Assembly (NCBI RefSeq): GCF_001194135.2
Contig: NC_069007.1
Coordinates: 17,093,946 to 17,126,132 of the forward strand
Source: Octopus bimaculoides
Taxonomy: Eukaryota
Length of the DNA: 32,187 nucleotides
Reading direction: 5' to 3'
Positions 19,175-30,745 of the stretch are shown in pieces. Within the stretch, counting starts at the first letter, position 1, and every line of letters begins with the position of its first letter. Position numbers and translations under genes: made by a program. The notes beneath the pieces are model-generated. The model saw only the letters and a program-made list of their open reading frames with translations. It was not told the DNA's origin and did no database searches.

Positions 19175-20840
19175 ATGAACCAACTGCAGCAACACCAAAA
19201 ACTGAAACAATATTTTCAGCAACAGCAAGAGATACAACAGGATCAGCAACAGGGGACGCCTAAAAATAAAGAACCAAAACAACAACTCCCGCATCAACCC
19301 CAAGGGATGGAACTTGTAGAACAACATCTCTCGGATAAGCCTCTGAATTACTCAGTTCTGTGGAAGGGAAACAAGGAATTGATGGAGTTTGTTGACTCAA
19401 ATAAAAACGAAATTTTGATAATAAGTGAGGGTCTTGATGCCCTCAGGGATCTGATAAGAACAACACTCAGTGTGTGTTGTTTTTTGAGGAAACGTTTTGC
19501 ACATGATAGTTTTCAAAAACCTATTGGACAAAAGGATATTGAAAGGCCCCAAAAGAGGACCAACCCATGACTAGGGTAAGTGACCGACTCTTCTTTTTGT
19601 TTCTTTCCCTTGATGCAGTAGCCATTAGTGAAACTAGGATTTCTGAAACGCAGCTTGCTCTTCTTCTGGATGGTTAGAAGATTTATACTTCCTCCAGTCA
19701 GCCTGGATCAAATGGCATAGCAGTGCTGTGTTGGAGAGACCTTGACTTGAAGGTTTGACCCATGACTGCAGCTCTGTCAATGAGATGAGCCGTGAAAAGA
19801 CCTGTTGCATGAAGGACACCTACACCAGTTCACCCTTATTTTTGTTGCCATCAATTCACACCATTTGCAGCGATTTAGATATCTCTGTAGGTGCGACAGC
19901 CTGAAAGCATGGCACTGCACCATCAAAGGTGGCATCCCTAGACCACCATGGTGTGGATGTTGACAGCAGATGGATTTTCTGACCAGTGGAAACTGACCCT
20001 TCCATACGAATCAAAAAAGCAAGCATTCCAATCTGGTAAAAGCTTTCTTAGGACAAGGTATGACAGCTAGGTGGTAATACACTACCGAGGCAAAATATGT
20101 ATTTGTTACTTCCACCCAGCCTTTCAGAAACAGATTCCTATCTGTCCATTTCTAGGTGAGCTTGGTCACACTAGCCATGACCTTTTTTCCAGTTCTTATC
20201 TACCTGGGGAATCTGGGCCAAACCAGACTCCGAGCACCTTTCACTGGATCCTCTATACAACAATAGAAATCACCGCTATCCACAAGGATCTGCCTCTCCA
20301 AGAACCTAGTAGCAGACTTACTGATTTATCCTCGTTTATGAGTGCTCCTGTGCATACCTGACATTATTTCAGTATAGTGACCTCGTTTGCATTCACAGAC
20401 ACAGCTCACCTGTGGCCCAGCTCCAGCAGGATACCCCATCAAAATCTACAGCCTTCGCAGCAAGGGTTCTAAAGCTAAAATATATAACTGGAAGGAGAGG
20501 GGGCATCCAATACTGAAAGGTTCCTAGAGGTGGCTATTTAATTTGACAACCAATCAGATGCCACTATACATTGTGGTGATCCAGCCTCTGAAGACGGGGC
20601 TAAAATCAAAGCTTTTAGGACAGACACCAAAAAGTGACGGTCCATCCTGTCAAAAGCTTTGAACTGGTCCAAATTGACCAATGCCCTTTCAAAGCCAGAT
20701 CTTCCCCTATCTTGTTTCTACCATGAATCACGGGGTGGAGGTTGTCATGCATAGATCTACCAGGGATCACACAAATTTGTGGGTCCCTGACTATACTACC
20801 AAAAACAAATGCCAGCTTCTTGGCAAGCACCTCAGCTAAA
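19175..20840 (+). pseudogene. Probable degraded L1/Tx1-group LINE fragment (Q-rich ORF followed by an APE-endonuclease-like relic)
   Basis: From 19612: DAVAISETRISETQLALLLDG*KIYTSSSQPGSNGIAVLCWRDLDL, resembling APE motifs DxxxxxET and GVAIL. GC is elevated relative to the flanks. The downstream boundary is uncertain. Confidence 0.5.
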
Positions 20841-20888
20841 ATCTTTAACTAGTGTTAAATCTTTAACTAGTGTTAAATCTTTAACTAT
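20837..20888. repeat. 18-bp tandem repeat, ~2.7 copies
   Basis: TAAATCTTTAACTAGTGT repeated. Confidence 0.9.
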
Positions 20889-20889
20889 T

Positions 20890-21460
20890 CTTTCAGTGGG
20901 GTTGATATAAAATATATAATCGACTAGATCCCCTCCGTACTCCAAATTTCAAGCCTTGTGCCTGTGGCAGAAAATGTCATAATTAGAATTTGACATTTAT
21001 GTACTGTGTTCAATCCCCACTGAAGTCAGCTTTTGTTTTTCATTCCTTCAGGGTTAATAAATTAAAGCACCACTGGAGATGATAGTAATGACTAGTCCCC
21101 ACCTCATTAAAAGTGTTGGTTTTGTACCGAAATAAGAAACCATTAATAATAATATTATTATTAAAGGAAAACAGTGAGCTGGCAGAATTATTCGCACGCT
21201 AAAGCGACGAGCTGGCAGAATCATTAGCACGCCGGGTGAAATGCTTAGTGGTGTTTTGTCTGCCGTTATGTTCTGAGTTCAAATTCCACCGAGGTCGACT
21301 TTGCCTTTCCATCCTTTTGGGATCGATAAATTAAGTACCAGTTGAGCACGGGGGGAGGGTCAATGTAATCGACTTACTCCCTCCCCTGAACTTGTTGGCT
21401 TTGTGCCAAAATTTGAAGGCATTATTAAAAAGGCAGCTAACTGGCAGAATTGTTTGTGCA
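20890..21460 (+). mobile_element. Head-to-tail stack of SINE family B copies (best copy 21201-21425)
   Basis: GAGCTGGCAGAAT heads at ~21176, ~21208 and ~21436; ATT-rich tails at ~21145 and ~21420. Confidence 0.75.
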
Positions 21461-21558
21461 TAGTCAAAATATGGAGCAGTANNNNNNNNNNNNNNNNNNN
21501 NNNNNNNNNNNNNNNNNNNNNNNNNNNNNNNNNNNNNNNNNNNNNNNNNNNNNNNNNN

Positions 21559-22047
21559 AAAAGAGTAAGTCACAGAAACCATCCAAAACAGACAATTGGA
21601 GCCTGGTGCAGTTCTCTGGCTGACCAGCTCGTGTCAGACTGTTCAACCCATGCCAGCATGGAAAACAGACATTAAATGATGATAGATATGTATGTATGTG
21701 TGTGTATATGTTTGTGTCTGTGTCCCCCCAATATCGCTTGACAACCGATGCTGGTGTGTTTACGTCCCCGTAACTTAGCGGTTCGGCAAAAAGAGACCGA
21801 TAGAATAAGTACTAGGCTTCCAAAGAATAAGTCCTATGGTCGATTTGCTCGACTAAAGGTGGTGCTCCAGCATGGCCACAGTCAAATGACTGAAACAAGT
21901 AAAAGAGTAAGTCACAGAAACCATCCAAAACAGACAATTGGAGCCTGGTGCAGTTCTCTGGCTGACCAGCTCGTGTCAGACTGTTCAACCCATGCCAGCA
22001 TGGAAAACAGACATTAAATGATGATAGATATGTATGTATGTGTGTGT
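21559..22047 (+). repeat. 342-bp-period tandem duplication (RTE-type tail plus SINE A 3' half)
   Basis: 21559-21705 is identical to 21901-22047. Confidence 0.85.
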
Positions 22048-22826
22048 GTGTATTTTGTGCTTTGGTGTCTACTTTAGCATGGTTTGGTATGGCTGGATGC
22101 CCTTCCTAATGCCAAACACTTGCATTGTGTACTGCTTTTCATGTAACCCCAGCGAGGGCACCAAGTACCCCTCACCAAGAGAGGTGGCTTTATGCCAAAT
22201 GATGATGATAGGACTGGAACCAGTGTCTTGCTGTAGAGGAATAATAATAATTTTTGAACTTGCAGTAATTTGTATAAAATTTATTTATATCAATGTACAA
22301 AAAAAAGACAGGAATGGTCCAACAGATATAAATTTCATATAATGATGTTGTGTTACTTGTATACCCAGCAAAATATGGAGCTGTTGGTTGGAAAGAGGTG
22401 AATCTGCTTAAATACTGCAAATAAAGAAACAGATAAACATGTAAAAGTGCCTTGTGTGTGTACACATACACATGTATTTATGCACATGTTTGTATATGTT
22501 TATACAGGTGAATGCACACACATGTATGTGTATACAGATGTTATCATTATACATATATTAATAAAGCCATGTCTATCTAGATATACTCTTTTACTTGTTT
22601 CAGTCACTTGACTGCAGCCATGCTGGAGCACCACCTTTAGTCAAGCAAATCGACCCCAGGACTTATTCTTTGTAAGCCTAGTACTTATTCTATCGGTGTT
22701 CAGCAATCTCAAAGCTACAAGATAATGCATGATTAATTCAAAACACTATGAATAAATAAACATTAAATCTGACCCAGCAATCTGAATTCTAAAGGGTTAT
22801 GAGATAAAATATTAAAACCTGATATA

Positions 22827-22992
22827 GGCGCAGGAGTGGCTGTGTGGTAAGTAGCTTGCTTACCAACCACATGGTTCCGGGTTCAGTCCCACTGCGTGAC
22901 ACCTTGGGCAAGTGTCTTCTACTATAGCCTCGGGCCGACCAAAGCCTTGTGAGTGGATTTTGTAGACGGAAACTGAAAAGAAGCCTGTTGTA

Positions 22993-23026
<34 letters not shown>

Positions 23027-23230
23027 TTTGTCCCCCTAGCATCGCTTGACAACCGATGCTGGTGTGTTTACGTCCCCGTAACTTAGCGGTTCGGCAAAAA
23101 GAGACCGATAGAATAAGTACTAGGCTTACAGAGAATAAGTCCTGGGGTCGATTTGCTCGACTAAAGGCGATGCTCCAGCATGGTCACAGTCAAATGACTG
23201 AAACAAGTAAAAGAGTAAATGAGTAAAGAG
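22827..23230 (+). mobile_element. SINE family A, full-length reference copy
   Basis: tRNA-like head with A and B boxes, CCTTGGGCAAGTG core-like motif, internal (TA)n, 3' body and (A)AAGAGT repeat tail. Confidence 0.92.
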
Positions 23231-23458
23231 TATACATACATGAGTAAGGATTATGGCCTTTTGCAGTACACTTCCCCCATAAGCTTGTCTGGCTTCTCTT
23301 GACAGAAACAATCTGTGCCCTTGATTGGTCCAAATGGTATTCTTTGTTCTTTGTATATACATCCTGTAAAAAGCAGTGAAAATATGATTTATAAACACAA
23401 ATTGCATTTGAAATGTACAACAGCTGTTTAGGTAGAATTTTATTTACAGCAGTCATGA

Positions 23459-23747
23459 AAGGTGAAGTATATTTGCCACTTAAATGTGGCTGACCCCTAA
23501 GGGTGGATGTTACTGTTGCTTGTAGCCCCAGGAGAACATCTCCTCCAGCTGGCTATCGACACACATCTGTGTCCTGTCTATATTTGCAAGATCGAGATGG
23601 GAAGGATGACTTCCCTTTGCAAATATAGACAGGACACAGATGTGTGTCGATAGCCAGCTGGAGGAGATGTTCTCCTGGGGCTAAAAGCAACAGTAACATC
23701 CACCCTTAGGGGTCAGCCACATTTAAGTGGCAAATATACTTCACCTT
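23459..23747. repeat. Near-perfect 131-bp-arm inverted repeat with a 27-nt spacer
   Basis: Arms 23459-23589 and 23617-23747 differ at one position. Confidence 0.97.
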
Positions 23748-23919
23748 GTCGTGCAGTTACTGTTAATACCTCGCTCAGAGATTTAACAGTCATGAAAGAT
23801 TACATCATAAAATCCTTTAAACTGGATTTGGTGCTTGCATATCTGTGGTATATATGTATATATGTATATATATATATATATATGTATATATATGTATATA
23901 TATATATATATATGTATAT

Positions 23920-24655
23920 ATCATCATCATCGTTTAACGTCCGCTTTCCATGCTAGCATGGGTTGGACGATTTGACTGAGGACTGGTGAAACCGGATGGC
24001 AACACCAGGCTCCAATCTAATTTGGCAGATGGATGCCCTTCCTAACGCCAACCACTCAGAGAGTGTAGTGGGTACTTTTACGTGTCACCCGCACGAAAAC
24101 GGCCACGCTCGAAATGGTGTCTTTTATGTGCCACCCGCACAAGNNNNNNNNNNNNNNNNNNNNNNNNNNNNNNNNNNNNNNNNNNNNNNNNNNNNNNNNN
24201 NNNNNNNNNNNNNNNNNNNNNNNNNNNNNNNNNNNNNNNNNNNNNNNNNNNNNNNNNNNNNNNNNNNNNNNNNNNNNNNNNNNNNNNNNNNNNNNNNNNN
24301 NNNNNNNNNNNNNNNNNNNNNNNNNNNNNNNNNNNNNNNNNNNNNNNNNNNNNNNNNNNNNNNNNNNNNNNNNNNNNNNNNNNNNNNNNNNNNNNNNNNN
24401 NNNNNNGGTCTCGGTCAGTAGTCATCGCCTCGGTGAGGCCCAATGTACGAAGGTCTTGCCTCACCACCTCAGCCCAGGTCTTCCTGGGCCTACCTCTTCC
24501 ACGGGTTCCCACAACTGTTAGGGTGTGGCACTTTTTCACGCAGCTATCCTCATCCATTCTCACCACATGTCCATACCAGCGCAATCGTCTCTCTTGCACA
24601 CCACAACTGATGCTTCTAATGTTCAGCTTTTCTCTCAAGATACTTACACTCTGAC
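23920..24655 (-). mobile_element. 5'-truncated RTE-clade LINE (ORF2 C-terminus, 3'UTR, (GAT)n tail)
   Basis: Minus ORF reads LREKLNIRSISCGVQERRLRWYGHVVRMDEDSCVKKCHTLTVVGTRGRGRPRKTWAEVVRQDL, the typical RTE RLRWxGHV and RGRP motifs. Confidence 0.9.
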
Positions 24656-24669
24656 GGGTATTCACATTG

Positions 24670-27602
24670 ACGCGTACGTATATATATCTCCAGGCGTTCG
24701 TTTGTACGTCCGATCGTTTGTTCGTTATTTCATTCGTACGTTCCTACGTTCGTTCTTGCGTTATTTCGTTCGTTCCTTCATTTCGTTCGTTCGTTCGATC
24801 GTACGTACGTTCGTACTATCGTTCGTTCGTACGTACGTACGTCCATTCATTCGCTCGTTCGTCTGTACGTACGTTCGTAGGTATGTAGATGCATTCGTTC
24901 CTTTATTCGTTCGTCCGTACGTACGTTCGTTCTTTCGTTTGTACGTACGTTCGTTCGTTCCTTCATTCGTTCTTTCTTTTGTTTGTTCGATCGTTCGTTC
25001 ATTGGTGCGTTCGTACTTACGTACGTTCGTTCGTTCGTTCGTTGGATCGTTCGTTCATTCGTACGTACGTCCGTACTTTCGTTCGTACGTTCGAAAGTGC
25101 GTTCGGTCGTTCGTTGATACGTATATACGTACGTTCGTTCATTCGTTCCTGCATACGTACGTACGTACGTATATACGTTCGTTCGTTTGTACGTACGTAA
25201 GTACGTTCGTTCGATCGTTCTTTCGTGCATTCGTACGTACGTTCGTTCATTAGTTCGTACGTACGTACGTTTCTACGTTCGATCGTTCGTTCGTGCGTAC
25301 GTACATACGTACTTACGTTCGTTCATTCGTTCGTTCGTACGTACTTATCTACGTACGTACTTATCTACGTACGTACGTTCGTTCGCTAGTTCCATCGCTC
25401 GTTCGTTCGTATGTACGTACGTACGATCGTTTGTTCGTATGTACGTACTTACATATGTTCGTCCTTTCGTTCGGTTCTTCGATCGTACGTTCGTACATAC
25501 GTACGTACGTTCGTTCGTTCGTTGTTTTGTTCGTACGTACTTACGTTCGTTCATTCGTACGTATGAACGTACGTCCTTGTGTTCGTTGTTTCGTTCGCTC
25601 GTTCATACGTACGCACGTACGTACTTACGAACGTACGTTCGATCGCTCATGTACGTTCGTTTGTTCATTCGTACGTACGTATTTAGGTACATATTTACGT
25701 ACGTACGAACGTTCGTTCGTACGGACTTTACGTACGTACGTTCGATCGCTAGTTCCTTCGCTCGTTCGTTCGTATGTACGTACGTACGATCGTTCGTTCG
25801 TACGTTCGTACTTACGTACGTTCGTTCTTTCCTTCGATCGTTCGTTCGTACATACGTACGTACGTTCGTTGCGTTCGTTCGTTCGTACTTACGTTCGTTC
25901 ATTCGTACGTATGAACGTACGTACAAACGGACGTTCGTTTGTTCGTTGTTTCGTTCGTACGTACGTTCGTTATTTCGTACGTTCGTTCGTTCGTTCGTTC
26001 TTTTGTTCGTTCTTTCGTTTGTTCGTACGTACATACGCTCGTTCGACCGTTTGTTCGTTCGTTCGTTCGTACGTACCTACGTTCGTTCGTTCGTACGTGC
26101 ATACATACGTGATTACGTACGTTCGTTATTTCCTTCGTTCGTTCGTAAGTACGTACGTACGTTCGAACTTTCGTTCGTTCGTTCGTTCATCGTACGTACG
26201 TTCGTTCTTTCGTTCGTACGTACGAACGTGCGTTCGGTCATTCGTACGTACGTATGTACATACGTTCGTTCTTTCGTTCGTTCATTCGTTCGTACATACG
26301 TACTTACGTACGTACGTATATACATTCGTTCGTTTGTACGTACGTATGTGTGCAAGTACGTACCTGCGTACGTTCGATCGTTTGTTCGTTCTTTTGTGCA
26401 TTCGTACGTTCGTACCTACGTTCCTACGTTCGTTCGTGCTTTCGTATGTAAGTTCGTTCTTTCGTCCGTCCGTCCGTTCGGTCATTCGTACGTACGTATG
26501 TACGTACGTTTGTTCGTTATTTCATTGGTACGAACGTACGTTCCTACGTTTCGTTCGTTTGATCGCTCGTGCGTTCCTTAGTTCATTCGATCGTACATAC
26601 GTAATTACGTACGTACGATATTTCGTTCGTTCGTACGTACATATGTACGTACGTAAGTTCATTCGTTAGTTAGTTCCTACGTTCGTTCGCATGTACATAC
26701 GTTTGTTCGTTCGATCATTCGTTCGTCCGTTCGTATGTACGTACGTTCTTTCGTTCAATCGTTCGTTCGTTCGTTTGTTCGTAAGTACGTTCATTTGTTC
26801 TTTCGTTCAATCGCTCATTCGATCGTTTGTTCGTTCGTTCGTTCGTTCTTCTGTTTGTTCATTCGATGATTCTTTTTTTCGTTCGTACGTTCGTTCGATC
26901 GTTCGTTCGTACATACGTAAGTACGTACGTACGTTCGTTCTTTTGTTCGTTCGTACGTACGAAAGTTCGAGCGTTCGATCGTACGAACGTATGTTTGTAC
27001 GTTCCATCATTCGCTCGTGCGTACGTTCATTCGTTCGTTCGTAAGTACGTACGTACGTTCGTACTTTCGTTCGTTCGTTCATCGTACGTACGTTCGTTCT
27101 TTCGTTCGTACGTACGAACGTACGTTCGGTCATTGGTTCGTACGTATGTACATACGTTTGTTCTTTCGTTCGTTCATTCGTTCGCACATACGTAATTACG
27201 TACGTACGATATTTCGTTCGTTCGTAAGTACATATGTACGTACGTAAGTTTATTCGTTAGTTCGTTCGTAGGTTCGGTCGCACGTACGTACGTTTGTTCT
27301 TTCGATCATTTGTTCGTGCGTACGTTCATTCGTTCGCTCATTCTTTCGTCCTTTGAACGTTAAATCGTTCGTACGTACGGACGTTCGTTCGTTTGTACGT
27401 AAGTACGTTCGTTTGTACGTAAGCACGTTCGTTTGTTTGTTCGTACGTACGTTCGTTCTCTTCTTCGTTCATTCGATCGTTCTTTTTTCCATTCGTACGT
27501 ACGAAAGTTCGTTCGTACTAACGTATGTTTGTATGATCGATCATTCGCTCGTGCGGACATTCATTCGTTCGTTCATTCATTCGTCTGTTCGTAAGTACGT
27601 AC
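24670..27602. repeat. ~2.9-kb CpG-rich TACG/TTCG tetranucleotide satellite (continues into gap)
   Basis: Mosaic of TACG and TTCG units with variants and recurring rare-word landmarks. Confidence 0.97.
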
Positions 27603-27702
27603 NNNNNNNNNNNNNNNNNNNNNNNNNNNNNNNNNNNNNNNNNNNNNNNNNNNNNNNNNNNNNNNNNNNNNNNNNNNNNNNNNNNNNNNNNNNNNNNNNN
27701 NN

Positions 27703-27747
<45 letters not shown>

Positions 27748-28277
27748 CAGACGTATACAAACTCATACATATATAGTTAAATGTCTATACATACATACAT
27801 ACATATATAGATGTATGTACATAATATTATATATATACATATATATATGTTTGTGTATATGTATGTATGTATGTAGAACATTGGCCCAGTGTATATAATG
27901 AACCTGTTTCCCAGTCTCCCTGCACTAAGAGGACACGATAAAATGGACACAGCTTGGACACTTCTTTGTCTTTCTCTCTTTCTCCCTCTCTCTCTCTCTC
28001 TCTGTCCCTCTCTCTTACACTCTCACTCAGTTTCACTCACACTCTAACATAACACTGGATATGAAGTATGACTGGAATGAACGTTGAAGAAGAAGTTCTG
28101 TCCAACGACAGAACAGTTGAGATGTACAGTTTGTTATTTTATAATTATTATTATAATTATTATCATTATTATTATTATTTCTAGCTTTTTGGGGCTTTTT
28201 TTTTTTTTTTGCAATGATGTACAGCCAGTTATCTACTTTCACACACACACAATCATACATACTCACATACACAATAG

Positions 28278-28308
<31 letters not shown>

Positions 28309-28622
28309 TTTTAGGATACATAATGCACACATATGTAATATATAATGCATATGCTATATATATATTACTTCATGCATATTTATATCACATGTGTGAATAT
28401 ATATATGTGCATATGTTTGTATATATATGTGTGTGTGTGTATATGTGTAATACATAATAGTATATAGTATATGTATATATAGTGTATATATAGTATATAT
28501 ATTATATTTATATAGTATTTACTATATATATGCATACATATTTAGTATATATGCATACATATTACCTGTGTATGTGTATATATATCTGTGTATGCATATA
28601 GTTTGTACACACACCTTTAACA

Positions 28623-28675
<53 letters not shown>

Positions 28676-29062
28676 ATTATTTGTATATTCTCCCATATAT
28701 ATATGTGGAGTCCAGTGATAGTCAGACATGCCAAGTATACAACTAGAGACCATTATGGATTTGAATGACAGGTTGAATATACCTATNNNNNNNNNNNNNN
28801 NNNNNNNNNNNNNNNNNNNNNNNNNNNNNNNNNNNNNNNNNNNNNNNNNNNNNNNNNNNNNNNNNNNNNNNNNNNNNNNNNNNNNNNNNNNNNNNNNNNN
28901 NNNNNNNNNNNNNNNNNNNNNNNNNNNNNNNNNNNNNNNNNNNNNNNNNNNNNNNNNNNNNNNNNNNNNNNNNNNNNNNNNNNNNNNNNNNNNNNNNNNN
29001 NNNNNNNNNNNNNNNNNNNNNNNNNNAATATATATGAAATAACAAACAATCAATTAATATGT

Positions 29063-29096
<34 letters not shown>

Positions 29097-29900
29097 TGAT
29101 GATCAATGAACAGGCAAAAAGAAAAAATTTCAATAACCTTAAAAGAAATCAATGGGAAAAAAAAAAATCAACAGAGAGAGACAAAAAAAAAAAAAAACCT
29201 GTTCCTCCTTAAATCCCTATTTCTTTGTCCTCGACCCTTCCCTTCTTGTTCTTCACTTTTTCCCAACCTGATATAGTTGTAGTAGTTAAAACCCACTCCA
29301 GTAACAACAACAACAGCAACACTATCACCACCACAATTCCATTCTTCCTCCCCTTCCTCTTACCTCAACTTTCACCTGCCTCTTTATGTCTTGTACAAGT
29401 AAGGAAGATAAAATTGATGATAAAAACGATCTGATTTGATCTGGTCTGGTGCAGCAGTAGTAGTAATAGTAGTAATGATAATAATAGTAATAATAATAAT
29501 ATTATTATAATGGTGTAGAAAGCAAATTATGTTTGGCTTAAACAAAAAAAAAACAAAAAATGTTGACAACTTCCTTCCTTCCTTCCTCTCTCAACCCGCA
29601 TCACGCATATACACATGAAGTACATCCACACACACACACTCATATATATATATATATACCACACATACACATATACACCTGTCTTTGAGGGTTGACAATC
29701 TTTTGCAAGGAAATAATCTTTGGGGAAGGTAAATCGAAGAGATTTATTTATTTTATGATATTGATGATGATGATGATGATGATGATGATTATTTGGTGAT
29801 GGTGGTGATGGCTGTGGTGGTGGTGGTGGTGGCTGTGGTAGTATGATGATTTCTATGTGTGTATATATACTCTCTCTCTCTCTCACACACACAATAAATG
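27703..29900. repeat. Low-complexity region with multiple microsatellites ((CA)n, (TA)n, (GA)n, (AAT)n, (GAT)n, (GGT)n)
   Basis: Direct reading; no coding signal seen. Confidence 0.85.
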
Positions 29901-30361
29901 AATGGAAACAAGAAAAAAACACAAGAGGCACAAGTTTTCACAAAGGTGTTATTTTATNNNNNNNNNNNNNNNNNNNNNNNNNNNNNNNNNNNNNNNNNNN
30001 NNNNNNNNNNNNNNNNNNNNNNNNNNNNNNNNNNNNNNNNNNNNNNNNNNNNNNNNNNNNNNNNNNNNNNNNNNNNNNNNNNNNNNNNNNNNNNNNNNNN
30101 NNNNNNNNNNNNNNNNNNNNNNNNNNNNNNNNNNNNNNNNNNNNNNNNNNNNNNNNNNNNNNNNNNNNNNNNNNNNNNNNNNNNNNNNNNNNNNNNNNNN
30201 NNNNNNNNNNNNNNNNNNNNNNNNNNNNNNNNNNNNNNNNNNNNNNNNNNNNNNNNNNNNNNNNNNNNNNNNNNNNNNNNNNNNNNNNNNNNNNNNNNNN
30301 NNNNNNNNNNNNNNNNNNNNNNNNNNNNNNNNNNGGAGGTTATGATGGGAAGATACAGATA

Positions 30362-30524
30362 GACACAGGAGTGGCTATGTGGTAAGAAGCTGGCTTACCA
30401 ACTACATGGTTCCGGGTTCAGTCCCACTGTGTGGTACCTTGGGCAAATGTCTTCTACTATAGCCTGAGGCTGACCAAAGCCTTGGGAGTGGATTTGGTAG
30501 ACAGAAACTGAAAGAAGCCTGATG

Positions 30525-30571
<47 letters not shown>

Positions 30572-30745
30572 CTGTTTGTCCCCCTCCCACCATCGCTTGA
30601 CAACCGATGTTGATGTGTTTATGTCCCCGTAACTTTGCAATTCAGCAAAAGAGACCAACAGAATAAGTACTAGGCTTATTTTTTATAAGTCCTGGGGTCA
30701 ATTCATTCAACTGAAAGTGGTGCTCCAGCATGGCTGCAGTCAAGC
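30362..30745 (+). mobile_element. SINE family A, near full length with internal (TA)n(TG)n
   Basis: Aligns along its length to 22827-23200. Confidence 0.9.

Noticed and set aside
22827-22900. tRNA-like sequences (also 3540-3613, 11425-11495 and others)
   Set aside because: A and B boxes are present but there is no complete cloverleaf or acceptor stem, and each continues into a shared repeat body; they are SINE heads rather than tRNA genes.
24525-27560. Long ORFs (up to 464 aa) rich in R/S/F/V/T/Y or T/N/E/R
   Set aside because: TACG and TTCG tetramers contain no stop codon in any frame, so long ORFs on both strands are expected; there is no domain signal.
24670-27602. CpG-island promoter or bacterial contamination as the explanation for the CpG-rich block
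   Set aside because: It is a simple-sequence array, T-rich rather than GC-rich, with no gene-like complexity, and it is contiguous with host repeats.
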